DNA from: an uncultured Enterobacterales bacterium
Lineage (GTDB): Bacteria > Myxococcota_A > UBA796 > UBA2385
DNA: 64,000 nt
NCBI GenBank assembly: GCA_964464515.1
Contig: CAYXGP010000002.1
Span: 3,130-67,129, forward strand
Reading direction: 5' to 3'
In this document: positions 9,388-18,720 of the stretch, in pieces
Numbering within the stretch: the first letter of the stretch is position 1
How the letters are laid out: each line of letters starts with the position of its first letter
Program-made: the position numbers and the translations under genes
The notes under the pieces: generated by a model
Told to the model about the DNA's origin: nothing
The model's database searches: none
Seen by the model: only the letters and a program-made list of their open reading frames with translations

Positions 9388-9599
9388 GGGGTGTCCTCGT
9401 AGGCGGCGATCCCGTGGAGAGAGAGGCCGCAGATGCCGTGGCCGTCGAGGCCGGGGCGATGGTGGCGGCAGCCGCCGTGGGCGCAGCGACTGCGGGGCGC
9501 CCGGGTGGGCGTGAGGGGGCGGGCCTGAGCGGTGCCGGCCAGGATCAGGGCTGCGCAGCCGCCCAGGAAGCTGCGTCGGTTGGGGCGCGCGGAGTTCAT
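9384..9599 (-). CDS. 71-aa Tat-exported Cys/His-rich mini-protein, function unknown
   Basis: MNSARPNRRSFLGGCAALILAGTAQA is a textbook twin-arginine signal with an AxA cleavage site. The mature 45 aa is RCAHGGCRHHRPGLDGHGICGLSLHG... Third codon positions are almost all G/C. ATGA overlaps at both ends. Confidence 0.7.
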   Translation of the reverse strand: MNSARPNRRSFLGGCAALILAGTAQARPLTPTRAPRSRCAHGGCRHHRPGLDGHGICGLSLHGIAAYEDTP

Positions 9600-10711
9600 G
9601 GCGCCTCCGAGCGGAACAGGGCGCGCGCGAGGGGGACACGGGCCCCCACCTGCTCGACGAACGCCAGGGTGTCGATCGCTTCGCCATAGAGCTCGCCGGT
9701 GGCGTGGGCCGGGCCGGCGAACATGGGCGCGGGGAACACCCACAGCTCCTGATCGTCCTGGTCGGCGGTCACCGTCAGCGAGATCTCGGGGGCTTCGAGC
9801 GTCCAGGCCACCGGCCAGCGGGCGCCGCTGCGGCGGCTGCGCCAGGTGCGGATCGGCGTGACCTGCAGATCCTCCAGCGGGATCACCTCACCCCGCGCGT
9901 CCGAGATCCAGGCCATCGAGCCCGGCAGGCCGCGCATGCCACCCGCCTGGAGCCAGGCCACCGACAGCGAGCGATCCCCGGGGAGATCCATGGAGATCCA
10001 CTCGAAGCCGTCCAGGCTGTCGTCGTACAGGCGACCCCACTGGTGCTTGGCAAAGCCAGTGCCGGAGACCCAGCGGGTCCGGCGGCCGTCCTGCAGGCGA
10101 CCCTGCACGGCCATCGCCTCCTGCTGCACCCACAGGTGGCGCGAACCGGGCACCAGCTCCACCAGCCCGTCGCGGCCGGGGGTGACCGGATCACGGGTGG
10201 GAACGAGGCGAAGGTCCAGGCGCTGCGAGCCGGCGCCGACCTCCAGCACCAGCGCGCCGGCCTCCCACGCGATCCGCCAGTCTCCGTGGCGCAGATCCAG
10301 GCCGTCTCCCTTGAAGCGGGCGGCCGGCAGATCGGGGAAGTTGGATCGATCGGCCACCCAGCTGTCATCGCCGACCTGGATCCGCACCAGGGCCAGATGA
10401 AACGGGTTCACGCCCCAGGCGACCGGCACGGGGCCCACGAAGTCCAGATCGGTGCGCTGCGCGACGAAGCCCGCGAACACATGGATCGGCTCGCCCTCCG
10501 GGTCGGTGAGATCGGCATGCACATGCCACAGCTCGGTCTGGGCGCCCGGGTGGGGGGCCGCGTCGGCGGGCATCGAGACCGCAGCGTCTACAGGCAGACC
10601 CCGCAGCGGGTGGTGGGCGCAGGCGACAGTGGTCATCAGAACGGGCGTCACCAGAACAGGCGCCAACAGAAAGCCCGGAAGCAACAAACCCGAGAACAGC
10701 GAACGGGTCAC
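9596..10711 (-). CDS. AttH/CrtC-like (hydroxyneurosporene synthase family) lipocalin-fold protein with a hydrophobic N-terminal leader
   Basis: 371 aa. N-terminal LLLPGFLLAPVLVTPVLMTTVAC. The body has the WVS..G.A.HQWG and W.SM.L motif style of the AttH/CrtC family (by eye). GTGA overlap with the upstream FAD enzyme. Confidence 0.6.
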   Translation of the reverse strand: MTRSLFSGLLLPGFLLAPVLVTPVLMTTVACAHHPLRGLPVDAAVSMPADAAPHPGAQTELWHVHADLTDPEGEPIHVFAGFVAQRTDLDFVGPVPVAWGVNPFHLALVRIQVGDDSWVADRSNFPDLPAARFKGDGLDLRHGDWRIAWEAGALVLEVGAGSQRLDLRLVPTRDPVTPGRDGLVELVPGSRHLWVQQEAMAVQGRLQDGRRTRWVSGTGFAKHQWGRLYDDSLDGFEWISMDLPGDRSLSVAWLQAGGMRGLPGSMAWISDARGEVIPLEDLQVTPIRTWRSRRSGARWPVAWTLEAPEISLTVTADQDDQELWVFPAPMFAGPAHATGELYGEAIDTLAFVEQVGARVPLARALFRSEAP

Positions 10712-12171
10712 GCCGCACCTCGCAGCAGGCGGTCCATCACCAGGTCAGCGGCGTGACGACCCGAGCGGATCGCGTTCTCCATGCAGGGAAAGTCCAGCGG
10801 CGTGCGCACCCAGTCGCCGGCCAGGTACATGCCCTCCAGCGGAGTCTGCGAGCGCGGCTTGTGGCGCAGAGAGCCCGGCTCGGCGTTCCAGTAGCGCTTG
10901 TGGGGGGCGCGGTTGCGCACCACCTCGAAGTCGATCACACCGTCCAGCGTGAAGTCCTCGTAGCCCCGCACGCGGCAGACGCTCTCCAGGGCGCGGATCA
11001 GCAAGGTGAGGTCGTCGTCGTCCTCGAAGCCGGTCTCCTGCCCCACGAAGTGCAGGGCCGCGCCCAGCGCGGGATCGTCTCGGTACTCGGGGTAGTTCGG
11101 CTTGTTGTCGATCACGAAGCCCAGCGGCGGCTCCAGACCGCCCAGGATCGTGCGATGCCGGGCGCGCACGGCGGCGCGGTGCCACACGTGCAGCCCCAGC
11201 GGCGCCACCGACGTCAGGTGCGGGATCCCCGACAGTCCTGGCAGCGCGCAGAGCGCCGGGTCCTTCGCCAGCACCGCCGCCAGCGCCGGGGCGGGCAGGG
11301 TGAGGATGGCGGCGTCGAAGTCGCTCCAGGTCTGCTCGCTGCCGGGCACCGTGGGCACGGGGCCGTCGACGTACCGCTCGCCAGGGCGGTGCGGCTGCGG
11401 CGTGGCGAAGGTCAGCCCGGTCAGCCGACGTCCGTCGTGCTCCAACCCGACCAGCTTGTGGTAGCGGACGACGGCGCCGCCCAGGGCGGTGATGCGATCG
11501 GCGACGGGCTGCCACCAGATCCTGCTCATGCCGCCCGCGGGGATGCGCGCCTCCGCGGTGGTGGCGTCGCGCCCGGCGATGCGGATGGTCTTGAGCATCG
11601 AGTAGGCGGAGATCTCACCCGGCCAGTTGAGCTGCGCCTCGCGGGACATACGGAAGGCGTTGGTGCGCAGGATCGACAGGGGCAGATCGCGCTCCAGGCA
11701 CCACGCGGTCAGGCAGATGTCGTCCCAGGACTCCGGCGGGCCGGCCGCCACCCGGGGCAGCGCCCGCGCGAACAGCTGCACGAAGCCTGCTTTCTCGCGC
11801 AGCGACCAGCCGCTGTAGAACAGCCCCTTCGCCAGCGTAGCCAGCGTCGAGTGCGACAGGTGCAGATGGTGCGTTCCGCCATCGCGATCTTCGTAGATGA
11901 TGAAGCGACCGCGACCGGAGACCGAGGTGGCGTCGGGGTCCACGCCGGAGCGGTGCAGCAAGGCGCGCATCTCGTCGTAGAAGCCCAGCATGACGTGCTG
12001 GCCGTGCTCGACGGTCAGACCGTCGGGCCTCTGCCACGAACACGCCTTGCCGCCGAGGTGGTGGCCGAGCGTGGCCAGGGTGACGCGGGCGTAGGGGGCG
12101 ATCGCTTCGGCCGCGGCGAGGCCGGCCGGACCGGCGCCGACGACGACGATGTGAGGGGTGCTGCGGTCCAT
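10708..12171 (-). CDS. FAD-dependent oxidoreductase of the phytoene-desaturase / amine-oxidase family
   Basis: HIVVVGAGPAGLAAA dinucleotide fold. GGK..S..EHGQH..LGFY motif. C-terminal LYLAGDWV...MENAIRSG. RBS GGAGGAG upstream of ATG 12171. Confidence 0.85.
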   Translation of the reverse strand: MDRSTPHIVVVGAGPAGLAAAEAIAPYARVTLATLGHHLGGKACSWQRPDGLTVEHGQHVMLGFYDEMRALLHRSGVDPDATSVSGRGRFIIYEDRDGGTHHLHLSHSTLATLAKGLFYSGWSLREKAGFVQLFARALPRVAAGPPESWDDICLTAWCLERDLPLSILRTNAFRMSREAQLNWPGEISAYSMLKTIRIAGRDATTAEARIPAGGMSRIWWQPVADRITALGGAVVRYHKLVGLEHDGRRLTGLTFATPQPHRPGERYVDGPVPTVPGSEQTWSDFDAAILTLPAPALAAVLAKDPALCALPGLSGIPHLTSVAPLGLHVWHRAAVRARHRTILGGLEPPLGFVIDNKPNYPEYRDDPALGAALHFVGQETGFEDDDDLTLLIRALESVCRVRGYEDFTLDGVIDFEVVRNRAPHKRYWNAEPGSLRHKPRSQTPLEGMYLAGDWVRTPLDFPCMENAIRSGRHAADLVMDRLLRGAA

Positions 12172-12282
12172 CTGGCTCCTCCGTGGGGTTTCACGGGGAA
12201 GGAGCGACGGGCCGCGGAGATGTCACCAGAAAATAGGGAGAAGATCCCACGACTCACTCGCCGGAGATGGAACCACTCCTGA

Positions 12283-14088
12283 TCAGCCGTCGTAGATGTT
12301 CCAGCGGTACCGGGCCGGCGGCGGGTGGAGCAGGGCGATGTGCCGGAGCCAGGCGGCCTCCACCTCTGCCCCCTCCAGTCCAGCCACGTGGCGCTCGATC
12401 CTGAGGATGGCCAGCTCTTCGACCCGCTCTCTGAGCGCCTGGTCGAGCTGGAAGCTGAGCACTCTCCCCATCTCCTCTCGGCTCCGCCACTCGTTGACGC
12501 GGTCTTCGCCGGCCATCCCCTCAGCCATCCGGCGCAGCCGCGGTGTTGGATCGGGGGCGGCCCGCTGGGTGACGAGCTCCTCGCCCTCGGGGGAGACCAG
12601 GGCCACCACCCGCTCGTAGGTGCCGCTCCAGATCTGGAGCTGATCGGCGACGAAGACCTCGCGGGTCGTCATGACGGACCGGGTGGCCTCGGGGTTGGAG
12701 AAACGCAGGGCGCGGCGTCGCTCGTCGGCCTCTCGCTGGCGATCGGAGCAGTAGGTGATCTGGGGCGGAGTCTCCGCGGCTGGCGTCGCCTCCCAGGTGG
12801 TCGTCGTGATCTCCTCGACCACCCGACGACAGCCCTGCCCCGGGGGGCAGTCCAGGCGCTGCTCGGTGCGGGTCCGCGTCGCCACGGGGTCCCAACCACC
12901 GGGATCGTAATGGCCGGCCGTGACCTGCTGACGCCCTCCCGGGCAGTCCTGCACCACCGCCTGCCAGTAGTCCGACTCGGCCTGCCGGGTGGCGAGCTTC
13001 CAGTCGTTGACAGCGTCCTGCTGGGAGACCGTGTGGGTGCCGTAGCAGGTGATCGTTCGGCCCTCGCCCTGCTGCTGCACGTCCTCCACGAGCCGGTCCC
13101 GGGTGCTGCGGATCTCGATCTCCAGATCGCCCGAGGCCGGGTCCCGGGACGTGGCCAGGCGCTCAGGGACCAGGCGGAAGCGATCCTTGAACTCCTGGTA
13201 CGGCGGACGGTCCCAGTTCATGACCAGGGTGTTGGCCAACACCCTGGAGCCCCAGGCGGTGGCCGTCCGACCCTGGGCGTCGAGGACGTCCGCGTCGGCC
13301 CGCAGGGCGACCGCGAAGTCGGCCCGGTTGCCCCCGTTCCATCCCTCTACAGACTGATCTGCCTCGAGCACGCGATGGGCCAGGGCCTGACGCTCGACGG
13401 GGTCGGTGGTCGCCAGGCCGTCCACCAGGACTTGCCCGTAGATGGGCAGGGCGGCCTCGTAGATCTGCGAGGACAGCTCCCCGTGAAGCTCCCCCTCCGC
13501 GCCCAGGCCGCCGGCCTCGAGGATGAGCATCGCCTGCCAGATCAGGCCCTCCGACAACGCCGCCTGCATGAGCCTCTCGGTGGTGCGGATGGGCACCAGC
13601 GCCGGGAATACCTCGACCAGCTCCCGGCCATCCAGGACGCGGAGCAGAAACACCCCGCCCTGCTCCCGAGCGGACGAGCGCCTGCCGCGATCCCAGGCCT
13701 TGCCGCCCGCGAGCTTGAGGTAGACGTCCTCATGCCGGGTGGTGTACCAGACGCCCTGCTTCCCCCACCAGGGGCTCGACTCGGGGTGATAGCCGCCGGC
13801 GATGGCCTCGCCGATGCCCCAGCGGGCCGGGTCAGCCTTGCCCACGACGGGCCAGAAGATGACGTGGCTCGGGCCGGCGTCCCCGACCGCGCGGCTGACC
13901 TCGATCTCACTGAAGGCGCCCTTGTACAGACGCGCGCTGTTCTGCGAGCCCCTGCGGGGAGCCCGGTAGTCGTTGCCCTCCAGCTCAGCCCAGGGGACGC
14001 CGTCGACGCCATCGGCGAGCACCACGCTGGCGGACTGGGGCGTCATGTCGGCGGCGTGAGCGAGGCCTGCGGCGAGGATGATCATCAT
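12283..14088 (-). CDS. Secreted protein of unknown function (601 aa)
   Basis: Signal peptide MMIILAAGLAHA. Natural-looking composition and strong G/C third-position bias. I recognise no motif. Confidence 0.7.
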   Translation of the reverse strand: MMIILAAGLAHAADMTPQSASVVLADGVDGVPWAELEGNDYRAPRRGSQNSARLYKGAFSEIEVSRAVGDAGPSHVIFWPVVGKADPARWGIGEAIAGGYHPESSPWWGKQGVWYTTRHEDVYLKLAGGKAWDRGRRSSAREQGGVFLLRVLDGRELVEVFPALVPIRTTERLMQAALSEGLIWQAMLILEAGGLGAEGELHGELSSQIYEAALPIYGQVLVDGLATTDPVERQALAHRVLEADQSVEGWNGGNRADFAVALRADADVLDAQGRTATAWGSRVLANTLVMNWDRPPYQEFKDRFRLVPERLATSRDPASGDLEIEIRSTRDRLVEDVQQQGEGRTITCYGTHTVSQQDAVNDWKLATRQAESDYWQAVVQDCPGGRQQVTAGHYDPGGWDPVATRTRTEQRLDCPPGQGCRRVVEEITTTTWEATPAAETPPQITYCSDRQREADERRRALRFSNPEATRSVMTTREVFVADQLQIWSGTYERVVALVSPEGEELVTQRAAPDPTPRLRRMAEGMAGEDRVNEWRSREEMGRVLSFQLDQALRERVEELAILRIERHVAGLEGAEVEAAWLRHIALLHPPPARYRWNIYDG

Positions 14089-14217
14089 GGAGACCCGACC
14101 GGAGCTTGACGGTCAAGCCGATAACGAGCCAGCGCCCGCGCAGCCCGCCACCGTGCGGCGCCGCGCGCTCGGTGCCCGTGTCCGCGCCTCGGCGCACCGC
14201 AGCGACCTGCTCCGAAC

Positions 14218-14838
14218 TCAGCGATCGGTGCGAACCGCGGCTCCCCCCTCGTACCGCCACGCGTATCGAAAGACCGACCGATGGTTGTGCCGCTTCTCCA
14301 ACGCGATGATGCGTCCCTGGTCGTCGTACATCGCGACGTAGTGGGTCTGGCCGGCCCCCGCGCGCTGGTGGGCTTCGCCGGCCGTGATCTCGCCGGTAGG
14401 CCGCGCCGGGTTCACCTTCAGGTTGGCGCCGGAGAACAGCTTCGTGGGTTGCGTCGAGAGGCCCTCGACCACCGCATACACCGGGTAGATGGGCTCCCCG
14501 GTGCGCGCGTCCGGAGTGGGGTCTCCCCCGTGGTAGCTCAGGTAGAGCTGCATCTGTCGGTAGTCGGCGAGCGGAGAGACCCCGTTCATCCACCCCCACA
14601 GCCCGCGAACGAAAAAACGGGAGCCGTCTTCGGTCTCCCACCACCCCTCGACGGATCGCCCGCTCATCCCGGCCGGCTGGAGCGAAAACGAGCCGTCTGA
14701 AGACAGGCGCATCACGCTCGATCCATCGGTGTACGCGAACGCCCCGTGCTCCGCGATGTTCGATTGAACAGACGGACTCACGGGGGACTCCGCGTGGAGC
14801 GCGTTCGAGAAGAGGAGCGCGGAGAGGAGCGCGAGCAC
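14218..14838 (-). CDS. Secreted protein of unknown function (206 aa)
   Basis: Signal peptide LALLSALLFSNALHA. GTG start 1 nt after the ETF-QO stop. Coding-like codon usage. Confidence 0.65.
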   Translation of the reverse strand: MLALLSALLFSNALHAESPVSPSVQSNIAEHGAFAYTDGSSVMRLSSDGSFSLQPAGMSGRSVEGWWETEDGSRFFVRGLWGWMNGVSPLADYRQMQLYLSYHGGDPTPDARTGEPIYPVYAVVEGLSTQPTKLFSGANLKVNPARPTGEITAGEAHQRAGAGQTHYVAMYDDQGRIIALEKRHNHRSVFRYAWRYEGGAAVRTDR

Positions 14839-14839
14839 C

Positions 14840-16519
14840 CTACAGGAACCCGTACTCCGGACCGTCGCCGCCCTCCGGCGGAACCCAGCGGATGATCTGG
14901 TACGGATCGCGGATGTCGCACGTCTTGCAATGTACGCAGTTGGAGAAGTCGACCTGCATCTCCTTCCGGCCCGTCTCTTCGTTCATCACCATGTTGTAGA
15001 CCTGGGCCGGACAGAACCGCTCGCAGGGGTTGCCGTACTCCTCGGCGCAGCGCGTGGCGCAGACGTTGGTGTCTTCGATCTTGAGATGACACGGCTGGTG
15101 CTCGTCGTGCTTGGTGCCCGACAGGTAGACGTCGGTGAGCTTGTCGACCAGATACTCGCCGTCGTAGGTGAGATCGTCGCGCGACGAGAGGGCGCCGTTC
15201 GCCTTGGCCATGTGCGCGTAGTCGGCCTTGAACGGCTTGATGTTCTTGCCCGGGCCGAACACCATCTGCATGCCGGTCTTGATGAGGCCGCTCCAGCGCC
15301 CGCCCTCGAACGCCTGGTGGAAGTTCTTCTGCGGCTCCATCTCCTCGCGCACCCAGGAGGCGTCGAGCTTCTCCTTGTAGAGCTTCATCACCTCCTCGGT
15401 GGCCTCGCCGCGCTTCATCGCCTCGAAGGCGGCGTCGGCGGCGAGTATGCCCGACTTCATCGACAGGTGGATGCCCTTGATGCGCTGCGGATTCAGGAAG
15501 CTGGCGGAGTCGCCGACGATCATGGCGCCCGGCGCATAGAGCTTGGGCATGCTCGCCCAGCCGCCGACCGTGACGGTCTTGGCGCCGTACTTGATGACCT
15601 TGCCGCCCTTCAGCCGCTCGCGGATCTTGGGGTGGTTCTTGAGCTGCTGCAGCATGTAGTGGGCGTCCATCGACGGATCGGGGGCGTCCAGGCCCACCAT
15701 CATGCCGACGCAGACACGATCACCGCCCATCGTGTAGATGAACGCGCCGCCGAAGGTGTCGGCGTTGAGCGGGTAGCCCATCGTGAGCGTGACCCCGCCC
15801 TGCTTGACGGTGCCCTCCGGCAGCTCGAGCACCTCCTTGACGCCGATCTCGTAGACCTGCGGCTGGGAGTCTGCGTCGAGCCCCAGCTTGGAGATGAGCT
15901 GCCGGGCCAGGTGGCCGCGCGGACCCTCGCCGATGATGGTGACCGGACTCTCCAGGTCCATGCCCGGCTCGAAGGTGTCCTTGGGCTCGCCGTCGGGGCC
16001 CACGCCCTTGTCGCCGCAGCGCACGCCGATGACGGTCTTGCCGTCTTCGTCCCACAGCAGCTTGTCGCCAGCGAAGCCGGGGAAGATCATCACCCCCTTC
16101 TCCTCGGCGATCTCGGCCAGCCACTTCTGGAACCTGCCGATGGAGATGATCGGCATCCCCATGTCGTGCAGGGGAGGCGGCATCATCGGGGCCTTCATGG
16201 CGCCCTTCTCGGTGAGGTAGATCATCTCCTCGTGCTCGACCCAGCGCTCCACCGGGAAGTCACGATCGCGCCAGTCGGGCAGCAATTCCTCGAGCGCGCG
16301 CGGGTCCAGCACCGCGCCGGAGATGGCATGCGAGCCGATCTCCGAGCCCTTCTCGATGAGGCAGATCATCGGCTCCTCCATCTGGGAGTCCTCATCTGCC
16401 GTCTCGTTGTGCGCCTCGATCAGGTCCATCAGATGGATGGCGCCCGCCAGGCAGGCCGGGCCGCCGCCGACGAACAGCGCATCGACAGGCATCTCCTCTC
16501 TTTCGAAATCTTCAGACAT
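14840..16519 (-). CDS. Electron-transfer flavoprotein:ubiquinone oxidoreductase (ETF-QO)
   Basis: Start ATG 16519 with a GGAGGA RBS. FAD motif DALFVGGGPACLAGA. C-terminal ferredoxin-like CPAQVY...CVHCKTCDI. The 5' extension of the 823-aa ORF is antisense to lspA and is rejected. Confidence 0.92.
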   Translation of the reverse strand: MSEDFEREEMPVDALFVGGGPACLAGAIHLMDLIEAHNETADEDSQMEEPMICLIEKGSEIGSHAISGAVLDPRALEELLPDWRDRDFPVERWVEHEEMIYLTEKGAMKAPMMPPPLHDMGMPIISIGRFQKWLAEIAEEKGVMIFPGFAGDKLLWDEDGKTVIGVRCGDKGVGPDGEPKDTFEPGMDLESPVTIIGEGPRGHLARQLISKLGLDADSQPQVYEIGVKEVLELPEGTVKQGGVTLTMGYPLNADTFGGAFIYTMGGDRVCVGMMVGLDAPDPSMDAHYMLQQLKNHPKIRERLKGGKVIKYGAKTVTVGGWASMPKLYAPGAMIVGDSASFLNPQRIKGIHLSMKSGILAADAAFEAMKRGEATEEVMKLYKEKLDASWVREEMEPQKNFHQAFEGGRWSGLIKTGMQMVFGPGKNIKPFKADYAHMAKANGALSSRDDLTYDGEYLVDKLTDVYLSGTKHDEHQPCHLKIEDTNVCATRCAEEYGNPCERFCPAQVYNMVMNEETGRKEMQVDFSNCVHCKTCDIRDPYQIIRWVPPEGGDGPEYGFL

Positions 16520-16672
16520 CTGCTGTCCTCCAACAACCATCTCGATCTGGAGGGAAGCCCCCTCCACGTGCGGGGTTGCTAACGCCTCCGACCCTGCGAT
16601 GCCGTTCGGCATCCGCCCACGGTTTTGCCCCGCCCGGGCTCGTGGATTACCCGGGTCGCTTTGGAGGCTGGG

Positions 16673-17293
16673 GTGATCCAGACCCGCTTCAAGTGGTTCG
16701 GCGTCGTCGGCGTGATCTCGGTGGTCCTCGATCAGTGGACCAAGATGCTGGTGCAGGAGCACATCCCCCTGGGCCGCGGCGAGATCACGCTCATCGACGG
16801 GTTCCTCTCGCTGGTCCACGCCGAGAATTCCGGCGCGGCCTTCGGCATGGGCAACGACTGGGAGTACCGCATGGTGGTCTTCGCGGTGTTCACCGTGGTG
16901 GCCCTCGGCGTGCTGGTCAAGATGCTGCTGGAGCTGCCGACCTCCGATCGCTTCCAGAGCACCGCGCTGGGGCTCATCACCAGCGGCGCCGTCGGCAACG
17001 CCATCGATCGGGCGGACAAACAGAGCGTCACCGACTTCATCCGGGTCTACACCGAGCACGAGACCCTCCGTCCCACGCTGATCGAGTGGTTCGGCACCGC
17101 CGAGTGGCCCAGCTTCAACGTGGCCGACGCCGCCATCGTCATCGGCCTGTTGATGTTCGTCGTCCACTGGATCTTCCTCGAGAAGGACGAAGAAGACCTG
17201 CAGTCCGAGCCGCCTGCCCGCTCCCTCCCCGATGATCCCGGGCTCCCCGATGATCCCGGGCTCCCCGATGATCCCGGACAGGCCACCGGGTAG
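16673..17293 (+). CDS. lspA: Lipoprotein signal peptidase II
   Basis: VHAENSGAAFG and WPSFNVADAAI catalytic-Asp motifs. Four TM helices. GTG 16673 is preceded by GGAGG. The C-terminal tail holds LPDDPG x3. Confidence 0.9.
   Translation: MIQTRFKWFGVVGVISVVLDQWTKMLVQEHIPLGRGEITLIDGFLSLVHAENSGAAFGMGNDWEYRMVVFAVFTVVALGVLVKMLLELPTSDRFQSTALGLITSGAVGNAIDRADKQSVTDFIRVYTEHETLRPTLIEWFGTAEWPSFNVADAAIVIGLLMFVVHWIFLEKDEEDLQSEPPARSLPDDPGLPDDPGLPDDPGQATG
17225..17278. repeat. 18-nt x3 tandem repeat (CTCCCCGATGATCCCGGG) encoding LPDDPG x3 at the lspA C-terminus
   Basis: Read directly. The units are 17225-17242, 17243-17260 and 17261-17278. Confidence 0.95.
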
Positions 17294-17294
17294 C

Positions 17295-17963
17295 TCACTC
17301 TCCCCGCTCACCCTCCGGCGGCGTCGGCGCCCCTCGAACCCCGCTGAAGGTGTAGACCCACCAGCTCGGCGGGCGGCGGAACCAGCGCCCCTGCTCCCGC
17401 GCCAGGCGCCGCTCCCGCGTCGCCAGCGGCACCCAGTCGGCCTCCGGCTCCACGCCGGTGATCTCGCTCGACCAGCCCTTCAGACGCGCCTCGTGCACCC
17501 GGTGGTAGTCCATCGGCAGCGCGACGCAGGCGGGCTGATCCCACCGCTGCAGCAGCTTACAGGCCAGCTTCACGTGCGAGGCGTCGCTGGCGATGCCGAA
17601 GCGCGTCCAGCCCAGGCGCCGACCCAGCGCCATCGAGTAGGCGATGTTCTCGTCGGTGTGCAGCGCCTGCTCCTCGACGTGGATGACCTCTCCCGGCACC
17701 CCCTGCGCGATCATCGCGGCCCGGATCATGCGCGCCTCGGGCCACGGGGTGTGCACCGCCGCGCCCGACGTGATGAACCGCGGGGCCACCCCGTCGCGGT
17801 AGAGCATCGCCGCCCACGTGGCCCTGCGCCACTGGCAGAACGACAGCCGGCCGTCCGCCTCGCTGGGACAGCCCGGCACGATGGCGGCGTCGATCTCGGG
17901 CGCGCCGATGGCCGGACGGGCCGACAACAGGGAGAGCAGCCAGACCAGAAGACGGGCGATCAC
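17295..17963 (-). CDS. YdcF/ElyC (DUF218) family protein
   Basis: N-terminal TM helix (IARLLVWLLSLL). DUF218-style core (ITSGAAVHTPWPEA..M, TDENIAYS). GTG 17963 forms a GTGA overlap with the upstream stop. Confidence 0.7.
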   Translation of the reverse strand: MIARLLVWLLSLLSARPAIGAPEIDAAIVPGCPSEADGRLSFCQWRRATWAAMLYRDGVAPRFITSGAAVHTPWPEARMIRAAMIAQGVPGEVIHVEEQALHTDENIAYSMALGRRLGWTRFGIASDASHVKLACKLLQRWDQPACVALPMDYHRVHEARLKGWSSEITGVEPEADWVPLATRERRLAREQGRWFRRPPSWWVYTFSGVRGAPTPPEGERGE

Positions 17964-18652
17964 GGCGCTGCGCCCAGGCGCATACGGGCGCGCATCCCGG
18001 TGCGGCTCTCGGACTCCCGCGTCAGCCACGCATCAAAGAAGGCCCGCTGTCGATCTGCGGACAGATCGGCGCCCACCAGCGCCCGCCGACGGTGGGTGAG
18101 CCGCCCCAGGACGATCGCCGCCGCCGCGGAGACGTTGAGCGAGGTCGTCAGCCCCACGGTGGGGATGCACACCCGCCCGTCGGCCAGCGCGCGGGCGGCG
18201 TCGCTCACCCCGGCCAGCTCCGCACCGAACAGGATGGCCAGGGGGGTGTCGATCGGCGCCTCGTCGGGTGTCACCGCGTCGGGCCCGAAGTCGGCCACCA
18301 GAAAACGAAAGCCGCGCTCCCGCAGCCCCGCCACGCAGGGCTCCAGGGCGCCGTACCGGGTGATCTCCAGCCAGCGCTCCGCGCCGCGGGCCGCCCCCTT
18401 GCTGGGCCGGAATGTGCCGGTGACCATATGGATCTCGTGCACGCCGAACGCCTCGGCGCTCCGCAGGATGGCGCTCACGTTGTGACGGCGGTGCACCGCC
18501 TCGACCACCACGACCACGCTGCCCAATCGCTGAGCCAGCGCCTGCCGCACGCGCGTCTGCCGAGCCTGCGTGATGGTCACGGCCGCCCCTCCCGTCCAGG
18601 CCTCCGCGTGTGGGGGTATCGCGGCGGCCTCCCGAACGCTGATCCGGAGCAT
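17960..18652 (-). CDS. SpoU/TrmH-family RNA 2'-O-methyltransferase
   Basis: Motifs HNVSAILRSAEAFG, AILFGAELAGVS and IPTVGLTTSLNVSAAAAIVL. Confidence 0.88.
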   Translation of the reverse strand: MLRISVREAAAIPPHAEAWTGGAAVTITQARQTRVRQALAQRLGSVVVVVEAVHRRHNVSAILRSAEAFGVHEIHMVTGTFRPSKGAARGAERWLEITRYGALEPCVAGLRERGFRFLVADFGPDAVTPDEAPIDTPLAILFGAELAGVSDAARALADGRVCIPTVGLTTSLNVSAAAAIVLGRLTHRRRALVGADLSADRQRAFFDAWLTRESESRTGMRARMRLGAAP

Positions 18653-18720
18653 CCGCGCGGCGAGTCCCCGCGGCGCCCGGCCCCGGGGGAGCTACGCTGG
18701 CCTCACTGGGAGGATCCCTG

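Noticed and set aside
9384-9599. Tat mini-protein as a HiPIP-type iron-sulfur protein
   Set aside because: The mature part is only about 45 aa with three Cys. HiPIPs need four Cys ligands and are larger.
9596-12171. Calling the pair crtC/crtD (carotenoid hydratase/desaturase)
   Set aside because: Only family-level resemblance is visible. The AttH/CrtC-like protein has an export-type hydrophobic leader. No other carotenoid genes (crtB, crtI, crtE) are nearby.
14840-17311. 823-aa ORF as the full ETF-QO gene, and 25566..27695 as the full radical SAM gene
   Set aside because: The 5' extensions are low-complexity, overlap neighbouring real genes, and lack homology. Internal starts with an RBS (16519) or family-typical N-termini (26283) fit better.
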